A DNA stretch of 64,000 bases from Phoronis australis. Lineage: Eukaryota > Animalia > Phoronida. Position 1 is the stretch's first letter. Each line of letters starts with the position of its first letter. This document shows, in pieces, positions 63,342 through 64,000 of the stretch. The stretch covers positions 1,871,456 through 1,935,455 of the forward strand of contig NMRA01000008.1 of the NCBI GenBank assembly GCA_002633005.1, written 5' to 3'. The notes beneath the pieces were generated by a model that was not told the origin of the DNA, did no database searches, and saw nothing but the letters and a program-made list of their open reading frames with translations. The position numbers and the translations under genes were made by a program.

Positions 63342-64000
63342 CTGAAAAGAGATTTCCGATGATTGAATTTAGAAAGACCTGTAAACCGTGATGACTTTCA
63401 ATTTGGCTGCAGAACTTCGCCAAAGAAAAGCCACAAATCTCACAGTTCAGTTGTTTCACAACTGATGTAACAGTGGCAAGCAATGAAGCCGTGTTGTGTT
63501 ACACGCCAACCTAGACGCTGGCTTCAAAAGACTGCGGTCAAACTATGAAGTTAAGAGGCTGAACAAACTCTGAAAACACTGAAGCCCCAAACCAAATACT
63601 TTGATTGCAATAAAACACTGCAGAGTCATCCTTTAAAATCAAAGGCTAGACTCTACACACAGGTAAATCGTATATTTTTTCACCACCATCACACGTAGCG
63701 ACCTCAAGAATTGGATGTTTGAAAAGAATTCTGGCCACACGCAGTTGAAATTCTTAAGGACAAGAAAGATGACCGATAAAATAGTAGTAATCTACGTACT
63801 GGTGCCAAAAATGATGCTTTATAACACGCATCATTGTGTGTATGGTAAATAAACTACAGTACGAATGGCTTGTGGAATGTATGGTACTCTGACTACGTCT
63901 GATCGCCTCCACTGGGCACGCAAGCCAGCCCTGGATGTCCTCCAGATGTCAGGGCGTCTTGTTATTACTTTCATTAAAGACTCGACTAACCTATGGTTGT

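Noticed and set aside
63810-63902. C/D-box snoRNA-like ATGATG...CTGA
   Set aside because: Imperfect C box, no terminal stem, and antisense to the host SNRNP200 intron.

Overview
AT-rich, intron-rich animal (invertebrate-like) genomic DNA. I assembled five protein-coding genes by hand from GT-AG splice sites and reading-frame continuity: PDCD4 (+, 10 coding exons, ~465 aa); a divergent calaxin/EFCAB1-like EF-hand gene (+, 6 exons, ~244 aa); a CCDC172-like coiled-coil gene (-, 6 exons, ~224 aa); a large hillarin/KY-like gene (-, 13 coding exons, ~1330 aa) with two tandem transglutaminase-like modules; and the last five exons of SNRNP200/Brr2 (-, continuing beyond the window). Introns contain many short non-autonomous DNA transposons, tRNA-like SINE remnants, a THAP-domain relic, tandem repeats and one assembly N. 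The most interesting item is the hillarin-like gene: both modules lack the catalytic Cys, the linker carries an Ena/VASP-type FPPPP motif on a symmetric exon, intron content differs sharply between modules, and there may be an internal promoter. Also notable are MITEs with 5-bp TSDs, a probable heterozygous TTAA insertion caught at the gap, a strand-specific 24-bp hairpin behind SNRNP200, and probable ancient PDCD4-CCDC172-SNRNP200 linkage. Homology calls come from remembered motifs, not database searches. I found no prokaryotic-type systems and nothing I can firmly call a new biological system.
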